NCBI GenBank assembly: GCA_963704435.1
Contig: OY969902.1
Location: 60,001-92,000 of the forward strand
Direction of reading: 5' to 3'
DNA length: 32,000 bases
Source of the DNA: an uncultured archaeon
Lineage (GTDB): Archaea; Micrarchaeota; Micrarchaeia; Micrarchaeales; CABMGC01
Shown here: positions 15,173 through 22,164 of the stretch, piece after piece
Position numbering within the stretch: the first letter of the stretch is position 1
How the letters are laid out: each line of letters begins with the position of its first letter
The notes under the pieces: model-generated
Told to the model about the DNA's origin: nothing
Database searches by the model: none
What the model saw: only the letters and a program-made list of their open reading frames with translations
Translations under genes and position numbers: made by a program

Positions 15173-16228
15173 TCAGGGCTTAAGCTTTTTTATCATGCGT
15201 GCCTCAATTGGGTCATTAATCGCATAGGTCTCTCCCACCTTCTCGACAAGGCCCAATTTTACAAGGTTACGCAATAGGGAGCTCAGAATCGTGTCGGACA
15301 CGCGCTCTCCCTTCGCTGACACGTAAGGTTTTATCTCGCTCCACCTGTCGATGCCGTTTGCTATCGCCTTGAGCACGTAGATATATCTCCTTCTTGAGCG
15401 CGCTATAAGCCTTCCCACTTCATTTGCCAGGATCCGCGACCCTTCCTCAAATACTTTGGCGACCGCCTCCTTGTGATCCAAACCTAGTGCGCACCTGTAA
15501 TATCCGTAGTAGGCAAGCCAGCCGACGATGCCTCCTATGCTCTCGACGGCATCTTCTATCTCTGCCTCGGTCGCCTTGACGCCCGACTTCTTGAATCCCG
15601 CAGACAGAAATCCGGTGCTCTCCTTCCTCCCAAACCTGTCGAGGTATATCTCATCCCTGAACCTGCCGTACAGGGGTGCATTGGCATCTTCATATCTCAG
15701 GAAGTCCCTCAGCATTCCGATTTCGCTTCCGGTAAGCACATATGCGATGTTTGAGAGATTGTCTACGCTCCACGCAATTATCCCATCGTACCGTACCCTG
15801 CCCGCGTACCTCAGGTACTGGGCCTCATCAAGGGCGATGACGAAGAACACCCCCTTGCCTTTGCACCATTCATTTATTCCCTTAAGCAGGCTTGTTATGC
15901 TGTTGTCGATCAGCCCGCCTGAAAAGTTCTCGGGATCCAACCCCAGCCCGCTGGCGAACTTCACAAATTCCTCCGCCATCGCCTCTGCAAGTGCGGAAAG
16001 GGGAACAGACGTGTGCTCATAGTATATCTCCTTCAAGTCTATGAATATGTAAGGGAACTCTTTCTCGTTGAGCATGGCGCGTATGAGGCTAGTCTTGCCT
16101 ACCCGCCTCAGCCCATAGACCACGATTAGCCTCTCGCGCCTTTTCAGGGCACCCTCCAACTGTCCAAGCTCTTTCTTCCTATCATATAGGTCGTCCACGC
16201 TTTCCGTCGGATTCAGGTCGAATTTCAC
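15173..16228 (-). CDS. archaeal AAA-type ATPase (Arch_ATPase/ATPase_2 with C-terminal DUF234-like winged helix)
   Basis: 351 aa, GTG start. The beginning F..R..EL..L and the Walker A GLRRVGKTSL match the recalled PF01637 layout. Walker B-like FFVIALDEAQYL. C-terminal YIYVLKAIANG..RWSEI......VSDTILSSLLRNLVKLGLVEK is wHTH-like. Confidence 0.8.
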   Translation of the reverse strand: MKFDLNPTESVDDLYDRKKELGQLEGALKRRERLIVVYGLRRVGKTSLIRAMLNEKEFPYIFIDLKEIYYEHTSVPLSALAEAMAEEFVKFASGLGLDPENFSGGLIDNSITSLLKGINEWCKGKGVFFVIALDEAQYLRYAGRVRYDGIIAWSVDNLSNIAYVLTGSEIGMLRDFLRYEDANAPLYGRFRDEIYLDRFGRKESTGFLSAGFKKSGVKATEAEIEDAVESIGGIVGWLAYYGYYRCALGLDHKEAVAKVFEEGSRILANEVGRLIARSRRRYIYVLKAIANGIDRWSEIKPYVSAKGERVSDTILSSLLRNLVKLGLVEKVGETYAINDPIEARMIKKLKP

Positions 16229-16263
16229 TAATACACCTATTAGTTACTAATACTAGTATTAGT
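16227..16263. promoter_or_regulatory. two abutting palindromic operator-like sites ACTAATA-N4-TATTAGT over the ATPase gene start and promoter
   Basis: actaata-cacc-tattagt at 16227-16244 and actaata-ctag-tattagt at 16246-16263. Both are perfect inverted repeats with equal 4-nt spacers. They overlap the GTG start (16228) and the AT-rich core promoter. Confidence 0.4.
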
Positions 16264-16310
16264 AAAATTAATATGCGTATCGCGCCAGCACTCGCGCTGC
16301 GCAATTTATA

Positions 16311-16382
16311 TAGTGGTGTGCCGTAGCCTCTCTTCTGTTTTAGGTGGCATTCGACTTAGCGGCGTTCTGCCTTGCACGCTCA
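16311..16382 (-). repeat. 72-bp perfect duplicate of the 3' end of the RNase P RNA gene (att-like; non-functional rnpB fragment)
   Basis: Identical base for base to 17086-17157. The flanking bases differ on both sides (a/t upstream, t/c downstream). Same orientation as the intact gene. Confidence 0.9.
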
Positions 16383-16388
16383 TCGATA

Positions 16389-16730
16389 TCAATACTTGAA
16401 CCGTCTTTCATACTGCTTGTGGGGGAACCACTCCAGTATCACAGAGATTATCTCGATTTCGTTTCCACGTAGAGTGTACACCAACCTCCATCCGTTTGGC
16501 AGGTCATACTTCCTCAGGTTTGTGATTGCGAACCTCATCACGTACGCTCTGGGCCAGAGCCTCCTCCTTATCGCCACTCCCGCAAAGGGATCTTCCTTCA
16601 ACGCGTCCATTGCTTTCCGTATTTGCGAAGCGAGCTCTTTCTCCTCAAACTTTCCCGATTGCAATTCCAGGAAAGCCTTGCGGACTGACTCATCTCCGAA
16701 TCCGACCTTCTTCTCCCTTCCGTCGTTCAA
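16389..16730 (-). CDS. RelE/ParE-superfamily toxin-like protein
   Basis: 113 aa. C-terminal NLRKYDLPNGWRLVYTLRGNEIEIISVILEWFPHKQYERRF resembles the recalled RelE/StbE signature (..yR..l..gyRliY.v....i.i..i..H..Y). Overlaps the upstream small gene by 4 bp. Confidence 0.6.
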   Translation of the reverse strand: MNDGREKKVGFGDESVRKAFLELQSGKFEEKELASQIRKAMDALKEDPFAGVAIRRRLWPRAYVMRFAITNLRKYDLPNGWRLVYTLRGNEIEIISVILEWFPHKQYERRFKY

Positions 16731-17014
16731 TCAACCACCAGCCCGCGCTCGTGCATCTCCTTGACTTTTGAGGGATTCCACAGCCACGTTACCGTCCTGT
16801 CCTTTTCGACATGAATCTTGCCCGAATACTCAAGGTATTCGAGTATAGTGGTGAACGTGGACCACATCATTTTCTTCGGCAGCAGCCGCCATATCTGGGC
16901 CACGGTCTTGTCATTCCCGTACCTGAATAGCGCCTTCTCGACCATCAGTATCGAGTCGAGCCTTGGCGACCGGTCTATTTTCTTCGGGGCGCTTTTAAAC
17001 ACCTGCACTTGCAT
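16727..17014 (-). CDS. putative antitoxin / small winged-helix DNA-binding protein
   Basis: ORF track 16727-17023 (TTG); ATG at 17014. About 95 aa. Its stop overlaps the toxin start by 4 bp, the typical type II TA arrangement. The wHTH assignment is an inference from size and position. Confidence 0.5.
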   Translation of the reverse strand: MQVQVFKSAPKKIDRSPRLDSILMVEKALFRYGNDKTVAQIWRLLPKKMMWSTFTTILEYLEYSGKIHVEKDRTVTWLWNPSKVKEMHERGLVVD

Positions 17015-17018
17015 ATGA

Positions 17019-17048
17019 ATCAATTGATATATGTATCAACTGATATAT
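17019..17048. promoter_or_regulatory. tandem 14-nt direct repeats ATCAAYTGATATAT in the TA-cassette promoter (operator candidate)
   Basis: atcaattgatatat (17019-17032) and atcaactgatatat (17035-17048) are 13/14 identical with a 16-nt period. The first also contains the palindrome atcaattgat. TATA-like tatataaat follows on the minus-strand upstream side. Confidence 0.4.
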
Positions 17049-17085
17049 AAATACATCGGTGCGCGGATTTGATGGCCGGAAGCGT

Positions 17086-17324
17086 TAGTGGTGTGCCGTA
17101 GCCTCTCTTCTGTTTTAGGTGGCATTCGACTTAGCGGCGTTCTGCCTTGCACGCTCACTGTACGCGCATCGGCGCGTTTCACGCGCACGCGCACGCTCGT
17201 CGCGTCATCGCTTTATGTGCGCCAGCGCTTGCGTTTCTGCTCCGAATATGGCCTTGGGCCTCGCGTACTCCGCGTGGAGAGAGCTTCCTCAGTCTTTCGA
17301 CCGTAAGCCACCCGCACACCACTA
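17086..17324 (-). ncRNA. rnpB: RNase P RNA (compact, type-A-like)
   Basis: Read on the minus strand.
- P1: 5' UAGUGGUGUGC pairs perfectly (11 bp) with 3' GCACACCACUA.
- P2: GGUGGC pairs with GCCACC.
- P3: GGUC-GAAA-GACU.
- CR-I-like GAGGAAGCUCUCUCC.
- CR-IV/CR-V-like AAGUCGAAUGCCACCUAAAACAGAAGAGAGGCUAC (compare E. coli AGAUGAAUG...ACAGAA...GGCUUA).
- P4: AGC[U]CUCUC pairs with GAGAGGCU, leaving a bulged U.
- TATA ttatataaa is centred about 26 nt upstream of the predicted 5' end.
Ends are good to a few nt. Confidence 0.75.
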
Positions 17325-17358
17325 ATCTTTTTATTGCTTCCCTCTTTATATAAGCCTT

Positions 17359-17730
17359 ATGATTGGCATTCTTGCGCTTCTCGCGGCGATAAACCTCACC
17401 AACGTCACAGCGAGCGCGAACTCGCTGGCAACCGCCGCTGCCTCGATAGTGCCTGGAGGCATAGGCGGCTCCCTGATAAGCGAACTACTCATCATAGTCG
17501 CCATACTCATCGTGCTGTTCATCGTCTTCAAGGTCGGAAAGGTCTTCTTCAAGCTGCTCTTCGGCATCATAGCAAACAGCATACTCGGCCTTGTCGTGAT
17601 CTTCGCCGCGAACACCTGGCTGAACCTGGCCATACCGCTAACTCTCCCGATCCTGCTCCCTACTGTGCTCTTCGGCCTGCCCGGTATAGGCACGATAATA
17701 CTGATGAGGCTGCTCGGGGCGCCGATCTGA
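17359..17730 (+). CDS. small polytopic membrane protein (possibly BofA-like)
   Basis: 123 aa with four hydrophobic segments. The C-terminal half NSILGLVVIFAANTWLNLAIPLTLPILLPTVLFGLPGIGTIILMRLL resembles the recalled BofA (PF07441) pattern. TATA-like tttttatt about 27 nt upstream. Confidence 0.55.
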   Translation: MIGILALLAAINLTNVTASANSLATAAASIVPGGIGGSLISELLIIVAILIVLFIVFKVGKVFFKLLFGIIANSILGLVVIFAANTWLNLAIPLTLPILLPTVLFGLPGIGTIILMRLLGAPI

Positions 17731-17925
17731 CTACTTGGCGAGCTCGACGTCTGCCTTGCTCACGGTCTTCCTCTTAGCATGCTCGGCGAGCATCACGGCC
17801 TTCTTCGCGACCGAGTAGGAGAACGTAGTCATGAGGTCGGCAAGCGCGTCCGCCGCATCGTCGCTCACTCTGTTTGCGCCCGAGTCCTTGAGTATCCTCT
17901 TCGCGGTGAGCTTCGAGATTCGCAT
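17731..17925 (-). CDS. archaeal histone (HMf family, single histone fold)
   Basis: 64 aa. KRILKDSGANRVSDDAADALADLMTTFSYSVAKKAVMLAEHAKRKTVSKADVELA aligns with recalled HMfB ([55 protein letters not shown]). Confidence 0.9.
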   Translation of the reverse strand: MRISKLTAKRILKDSGANRVSDDAADALADLMTTFSYSVAKKAVMLAEHAKRKTVSKADVELAK

Positions 17926-17964
17926 GGGGTAATATAATCTGCGAAGGTTTAAAAGATAAATCGA

Positions 17965-18426
17965 ATGGAAATCAGGGAGCTGCGCGCCGGAGACGGGAAG
18001 GCCCTGTCTCTGCTGGCAGCAAGCGTGTACGACGAGCTTCCGGAGACGATGAACCTATCGGAGAGGCCGGACGGCCCAGCCGCTGACGCCCTGCTTTGGA
18101 TTAAGCTCGAGAGCGCAGCGAGGGGCGCGCTCTTGGACCTAGTGGCAGTTGAGGAGGGCGAGGTGATCGCGGACTGCGAGATACTGCGCAGGGGAGAGGA
18201 GGGCCTGGTCGGGATAATCGTGTCCGGGGAGCGGCGCAGGAAGGGGCTGGGCAGCCTGCTGCTTGCGAGGTGCATGGACGAGGCACGGACAGCAGGGATG
18301 ACCGAGGTCACTGCAGAGATATCCGAGTCTAATGCCCCGGCGCTGGCCTTCTTCAGGAAGCACGGGTTCTCAGACCGCGCTCCGCTCAGGGAAGGAATTG
18401 TCCTTATGAGGAAAAGCCTACTTTGA
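17965..18426 (+). CDS. GNAT-family N-acetyltransferase
   Basis: 153 aa. Acetyl-CoA-binding motif A-like VSGERRRKGLGSLLLARCMDEA, followed by ESNAPALAFFRKHGF. Confidence 0.85.
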   Translation: MEIRELRAGDGKALSLLAASVYDELPETMNLSERPDGPAADALLWIKLESAARGALLDLVAVEEGEVIADCEILRRGEEGLVGIIVSGERRRKGLGSLLLARCMDEARTAGMTEVTAEISESNAPALAFFRKHGFSDRAPLREGIVLMRKSLL

Positions 18427-19002
18427 CCCGCTCTTGACTCCGAGCACGCTGCCGTTCTTCTGCGACAGTATCGCAACGATGTAGTTGCTGGACCTCTTCG
18501 TGGAGTAGTTGATTATGTACGCGTTGTCGCTCAGCGCCGTGACCGCGGTGACGTTCGGGGCGCCGTACGCCACGATGTACGCCTTCACGCTCGCAAGGCC
18601 CGATGCCAGCGTGGTCGCCACCTGCGGGTTCGGTATGAGGTTGCCCATCGAGTAGTTCATCGGCGTGCAGTTCTGGGCGTAGATGTCCTTCTTCGTGGAT
18701 ACGAAGCCGAACTTGGGGTAATCAAAAGAAAGTATGCTGTAAGACGGGCACGGCGACGTCGCGTTCAATATGACGGCGGCCTCCACGTGCCAGCTTCCGG
18801 AATAGTTGGAAGGCACCACTTCAGTGAGCGTGATGTTTGCGTTGGGATACAGGTCCATCAGGTCGGTCTTCACCAGCGCAGAGGCCTGCTGCGAGTTGAC
18901 GGACTGCGCCATCAGCATGTTCGATGTCGCTACGTAGTATCCGATGAACACCATCGCGACTATGACTATCGCGCAGACTATCACCTTAGCCAGCAGCTCC
19001 AT
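18418..19002 (-). CDS. N-terminally anchored extracellular protein (hypothetical)
   Basis: 194 aa. N-terminal TM helix (VIVCAIVIVAMVFIGYYV), several N-x-S/T sequons, Cys pairs. Its 3' end overlaps the convergent GNAT gene by 9 bp. Confidence 0.6.
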   Translation of the reverse strand: MELLAKVIVCAIVIVAMVFIGYYVATSNMLMAQSVNSQQASALVKTDLMDLYPNANITLTEVVPSNYSGSWHVEAAVILNATSPCPSYSILSFDYPKFGFVSTKKDIYAQNCTPMNYSMGNLIPNPQVATTLASGLASVKAYIVAYGAPNVTAVTALSDNAYIINYSTKRSSNYIVAILSQKNGSVLGVKSGSK

Positions 19003-19077
19003 GCATTACATGAAACGCTCAGGTATAAAAATATGCGCAGAAGCGGTTTTGTCAACGTGCAGAAACCATACGATGGC

Positions 19078-19100
19078 ATATAAATGGGGAAATCCATAAT
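19078..19100 (+). promoter_or_regulatory. TATA box (atataaat) plus exact 13-nt motif GGAAATCCATAAT
   Basis: The same 13-mer follows a TATA-like box at 1213-1225 and 1682-1694 with a 2-3 nt gap. Here it overlaps the first ATG of the 19084 ORF, which argues for a downstream start (ATG 19153). Confidence 0.5.
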
Positions 19101-19599
19101 ATTGAGTATTGCGGGCAAGCGTAATTTACGCAGCGCGCCAAAAGGCAATGGAATGGCATTTAGATTTGACTCATACGGTGACATAGTCCTGGCAAACTCT
19201 GAGCCGGTGGCCGTGCAGGGCAGGGAGGTCAGCTCCGGGAAGATCGAGGACACAATCAGAAGTCTGCCTGATGTAGAGATGGCGCTCGGACGATTGCTCC
19301 GGGCCGAAAAGGAGTTGGAGACTCCAATGCCTGATGAGAAATATATGAAAGCGATCGGCAAGCGCTGCGATGACTTTGATACTGTGAATGCAGCCATTTC
19401 CAAGGAACGAAACGTACTGAACAGGGATTTCGATACCCTGCCTGAGGAGCAGCTCGCGGCCCTGCCCGCGGAGGTAATCGACGCGCAGAAGGTGCGCAGG
19501 GTGGAGGTGGATGCGATGTGGACGGCATTCGCGGATCACCTTGTGAATTACGTGCTGCCTAGTAGGCACATAACTCATAAGAACGAGCCGCTGTCCTAG
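19084..19599 (+). CDS. hypothetical soluble protein
   Basis: 171-aa ORF, or 148 aa from ATG 19153 (MAFRFDSYGD...), which I consider more likely because of the promoter elements at 19078-19100. No family recognised. Confidence 0.5.
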   Translation: MGKSIILSIAGKRNLRSAPKGNGMAFRFDSYGDIVLANSEPVAVQGREVSSGKIEDTIRSLPDVEMALGRLLRAEKELETPMPDEKYMKAIGKRCDDFDTVNAAISKERNVLNRDFDTLPEEQLAALPAEVIDAQKVRRVEVDAMWTAFADHLVNYVLPSRHITHKNEPLS

Positions 19600-20789
19600 G
19601 CGCTCACCACCGTGGCCAGCTTAAGCGACCTGGTCACGATGCTCCTCATTCCCATCGAGCTCGCCATCTCCCTGACCTTGTCAGTGTCCGCGCTGATCAC
19701 GGGGTTCTTCGCGTTTATCGAGCACACGTCCCTGTAGGGCGTTATCGAGTCCCCGTACGTGCCTATCCTCCTCGCGACCGCTATTATCTCCTCCTTGTCG
19801 AAGCCTATTAGCGGCCTGAGCACCGGGACCTTCATGCCGTACTGCTCCGCGCGGAGGTTGGCGGGGGTCTGGGACGCCACCTGGCCGAGGCTCTCCCCCG
19901 TGAATATGGTCAGCGCGCGCTCCCGCTCGGCGACCCGCTCCGCCAGCCTGAGCATGAACGCCTTGAGCAGTATGAGCTCGTACCTCCCGAAGCGGAACGA
20001 GCCCGCCTGGAACACGTGCGACGGGACGAAGTACGCTGTATAGTGCGGGTGGTAGCCGGACAGGGTGCCGATTATGCGCGCGACCTTGCCCTCCAGCGCC
20101 TCGCGCGGCTCCTGGAACGCGTGGAGGTGCACGTACACCGGAGCCACTCCCCTCTTCATCGCGTACCATGCGGCCACCGGAGAGTCTATCCCGCCGGACA
20201 TGAGCACGACGCCGCTCCCGGAGCTGCCGACCGGGAGCCCTCCAGCGCCCCTGGACTTCCCGAACGAGAGATAGGCCACGTCCTTGCCTATGCTTATGCG
20301 GAGCTCGGTGTCGTAGTCCTTGGTGTCGGGCTCGATGCCCAGCTTCACCAGCTCCTTCCTCATCCGGTTTACCACGTCGACCGAGTCGAACGGGAGGGTC
20401 TTGTCAGACCTGTGCGAGCTTATCAGCACGCGCTTGACGCCCTTTCGGGACTTCAGCATCGACCTCGACTTCGAGGCGATGGCGGCCAGCTTCGGCTCCG
20501 CGGTCACGGACAGCTCGGTGCCGCTCAGTCCGAACGTCCTGCCCAGTTTAACCGTGATCCCGGCCGCGTCCTGCGCCCTCTCCGGGGTTATGAGCATCCG
20601 GTCGTACTCCCTCTTGAGTATGAACCTCTCCCCGGCGAGCTGGTCGCGGATGTTGCGCTCGAGCAGGCCGATATAGGAGCCCCTGTTCCTCCCCTTGAGC
20701 CAGAGCTCTCCGAACCTCGCGACAATCAGCGCCTTGCCTTCCCCCTTACTTTGCATCGGGCCCACCGTATCTCCGGAATATGCTCTCAA
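19596..20789 (-). CDS. thiI: tRNA sulfurtransferase ThiI (THUMP plus PP-loop ATPase; no rhodanese domain)
   Basis: 397 aa. N-terminal ferredoxin-like/THUMP region (ALIVARFGELWLKGRNR). PP-loop VVLMSGGIDSPVAAWYAMKRG. Conserved TGESLGQVASQT block. An alternative start is the MQSKG at codon 12. Confidence 0.9.
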   Translation of the reverse strand: MRAYSGDTVGPMQSKGEGKALIVARFGELWLKGRNRGSYIGLLERNIRDQLAGERFILKREYDRMLITPERAQDAAGITVKLGRTFGLSGTELSVTAEPKLAAIASKSRSMLKSRKGVKRVLISSHRSDKTLPFDSVDVVNRMRKELVKLGIEPDTKDYDTELRISIGKDVAYLSFGKSRGAGGLPVGSSGSGVVLMSGGIDSPVAAWYAMKRGVAPVYVHLHAFQEPREALEGKVARIIGTLSGYHPHYTAYFVPSHVFQAGSFRFGRYELILLKAFMLRLAERVAERERALTIFTGESLGQVASQTPANLRAEQYGMKVPVLRPLIGFDKEEIIAVARRIGTYGDSITPYRDVCSINAKNPVISADTDKVREMASSMGMRSIVTRSLKLATVVSA

Positions 20790-21240
20790 CGCGCTCCCTT
20801 ATATCCTTCGGCGGGACCTTCAGGTTCCACTCGTCCCACACTTTCCAGATGAACTCGAGGTCATCCATGGGCACTAGCGCCTTGGTGAAATGCGGGGGCC
20901 TTGTCTCCGCGCTCGTCCTGCCGCGCCGACCCCGCTCCTCCTCCGCCTGCTCATCGGCGAGCTGCGCGTGCCTCTCGTCGAGCAGCTCGGTCTTCCTGTT
21001 GAAGTCCTCGCTCTCCAGGTGGTCGTAGCCGGTGAAGCCCAGCATGGCGTTGCTCTCCTGCGCGTCGCCGTACCTCTCCACCACCTTCTGCGTCTTTTTC
21101 ATCCTGCCGACCCTGCCCTCGTCCCGCTCGGCCCTAAGGTAGCCCGTACCTGACATGCGCAGCGTACCGTCGTTATCGAACTCGCACTCCATCTCTATCA
21201 GCTCGTCCCCGACCTCTCCAACGAGCATCTTCAGCTTCAT
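20746..21240 (-). CDS. hypothetical acidic protein, likely co-transcribed with thiI
   Basis: 164-aa ORF with natural-looking composition. Its 3' end overlaps the annotated thiI start. No family recognised. Confidence 0.5.
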   Translation of the reverse strand: MKLKMLVGEVGDELIEMECEFDNDGTLRMSGTGYLRAERDEGRVGRMKKTQKVVERYGDAQESNAMLGFTGYDHLESEDFNRKTELLDERHAQLADEQAEEERGRRGRTSAETRPPHFTKALVPMDDLEFIWKVWDEWNLKVPPKDIRERVESIFRRYGGPDAK

Positions 21241-21350
21241 CGTATCCGCTCTCCCCAGAATAATGGAATCTGCGCATTTCTGCTTTAAATATCCGACGCA
21301 GGCGCGTGACGAATATGCCAGGAAGGCATATTAGGGTGGGAAGGCAATAG

Positions 21351-21872
21351 GTGCTCGGGGTAACGGTGTCCGGGTCAAATGGCGCAAGCGCGGCGGCAGT
21401 AGCAGGTTCCAGGAACAGGATGCCGGCGCATCCTTTCGCCAGCGAGGAAAATTCCGCGCGTTTGAAGTACCTGATAAAGAACGGTACGAGCAGGAAGCTG
21501 GAGAAATCGGGATTTACGAAATGCCTGATCGGAATAGTCAAAAGAAAATACTCGTCCGACAGCGCAGACATCGCGGAAGAAGCGGACATTAAAAAGAGGG
21601 TGCTTGCGCTCAGCCTCGAAGAGAGGCTTTCCATAGCGCACATCGCCAAACGGCTTGACATAAGCCACTCCTCGGCTTACGGGATCATTGACGGCCACGA
21701 CCCGCTTGTGGAAAGGCTGCGCGAGCTCGGCGACATGTTGAGGGGAGCGGCGTACCATCCTCTGAGGCACGCTTCGCGCTACAACCTGCCCATGAGCGAA
21801 ATTCCCGAGATAGTGGAGTACGAAAACCTGCGCCAGTTCTTCCGGCGCGGTCACAAAACGAAGAAACAGTAG
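21351..21872 (+). CDS. putative HTH DNA-binding protein
   Basis: GTG at 21351; alternative ATG at 21420 (MPAHPF...). HTH-like LSLEERLSIAHIAKRLDISHSSAYGII. Preferred over the overlapping minus-strand ORF 21375-21944, which has an Arg-rich, antisense-looking composition. Confidence 0.5.
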   Translation: MLGVTVSGSNGASAAAVAGSRNRMPAHPFASEENSARLKYLIKNGTSRKLEKSGFTKCLIGIVKRKYSSDSADIAEEADIKKRVLALSLEERLSIAHIAKRLDISHSSAYGIIDGHDPLVERLRELGDMLRGAAYHPLRHASRYNLPMSEIPEIVEYENLRQFFRRGHKTKKQ

Positions 21873-21892
21873 CGACCGCGCTTGCGGTAAAA

Positions 21893-21906
21893 TGCTCTGG
21901 TCGAGA
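21893..21906 (-). repeat. copy of the 3' acceptor end of tRNA-Glu (att-like remnant)
   Basis: tgctctggtcg (21893-21903) is identical to 22855-22865, the tRNA 3' end as written on the plus strand. Extended, it is 13/14. Same orientation. It lies exactly where the AT-rich block begins, 21 nt after the stop of the HTH gene. Confidence 0.45.
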
Positions 21907-21978
21907 AGGGTCGGACCTGTTAGATGCCTAATCGCTATTGTCAAATATGCTTCAATGCCCCCGTTAGTTACTTCGTTA

Positions 21979-22164
21979 CTATTTAGCGGGAATCTTTGCG
22001 TAAATGGCGTTGATGAGCTTTCCCTGAGACTTGCTCCAGGCCCTGTTGCCCTGCTTTTTCATATATTCAACGTAAAAATCTATGAACTGCAGGTTGCTCT
22101 TGAGGTTCCTCCTCTTCTCCTCCCTGAGGTCCTTCAAGGTTATCTTATATTTCAATGTCCTCAC
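21979..22164 (-). CDS. small basic protein, partner of the nucleotidyltransferase (hypothetical)
   Basis: 61-aa K/R-rich ORF. Its start overlaps the end of the upstream NTase gene by 20 bp, a TA-like gene pairing. No family recognised. Confidence 0.4.
   Translation of the reverse strand: MRTLKYKITLKDLREEKRRNLKSNLQFIDFYVEYMKKQGNRAWSKSQGKLINAIYAKIPAK

Larger units (their letters stand above)
16311..17085 (-). mobile_element. 775-bp integrase-less cassette (toxin-antitoxin pair, own promoter, one att-like repeat) inserted at the 3' end of rnpB
   Basis: Bounded by the 72-bp perfect direct repeats, whose outer edge coincides exactly with the predicted 3' terminus of RNase P RNA. Interior composition is AT-richer than the backbone. 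Confidence 0.55.

Noticed and set aside
8244-17085. The idea that the whole block downstream of rnpB (surface cluster, ATPase and TA) is one large island integrated at rnpB
   Set aside because: No copy of the rnpB 3' sequence was found near 8210-8244. In addition, the surface cluster has backbone-like high GC. Only the 775-bp cassette is actually bracketed by repeats.
17088-17353. Three overlapping 68-72-aa plus-strand ORFs
   Set aside because: This region is better explained as the RNase P RNA gene on the minus strand. The ORFs are Arg/Ala/Ser-rich with no start context.
21375-21944. 189-aa minus-strand ORF overlapping the HTH gene
   Set aside because: Its composition is Arg/Pro/Val-rich and antisense-like. 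It would run across the tRNA-end repeat and the GC/AT boundary. The plus-strand frame has an HTH motif and natural composition.
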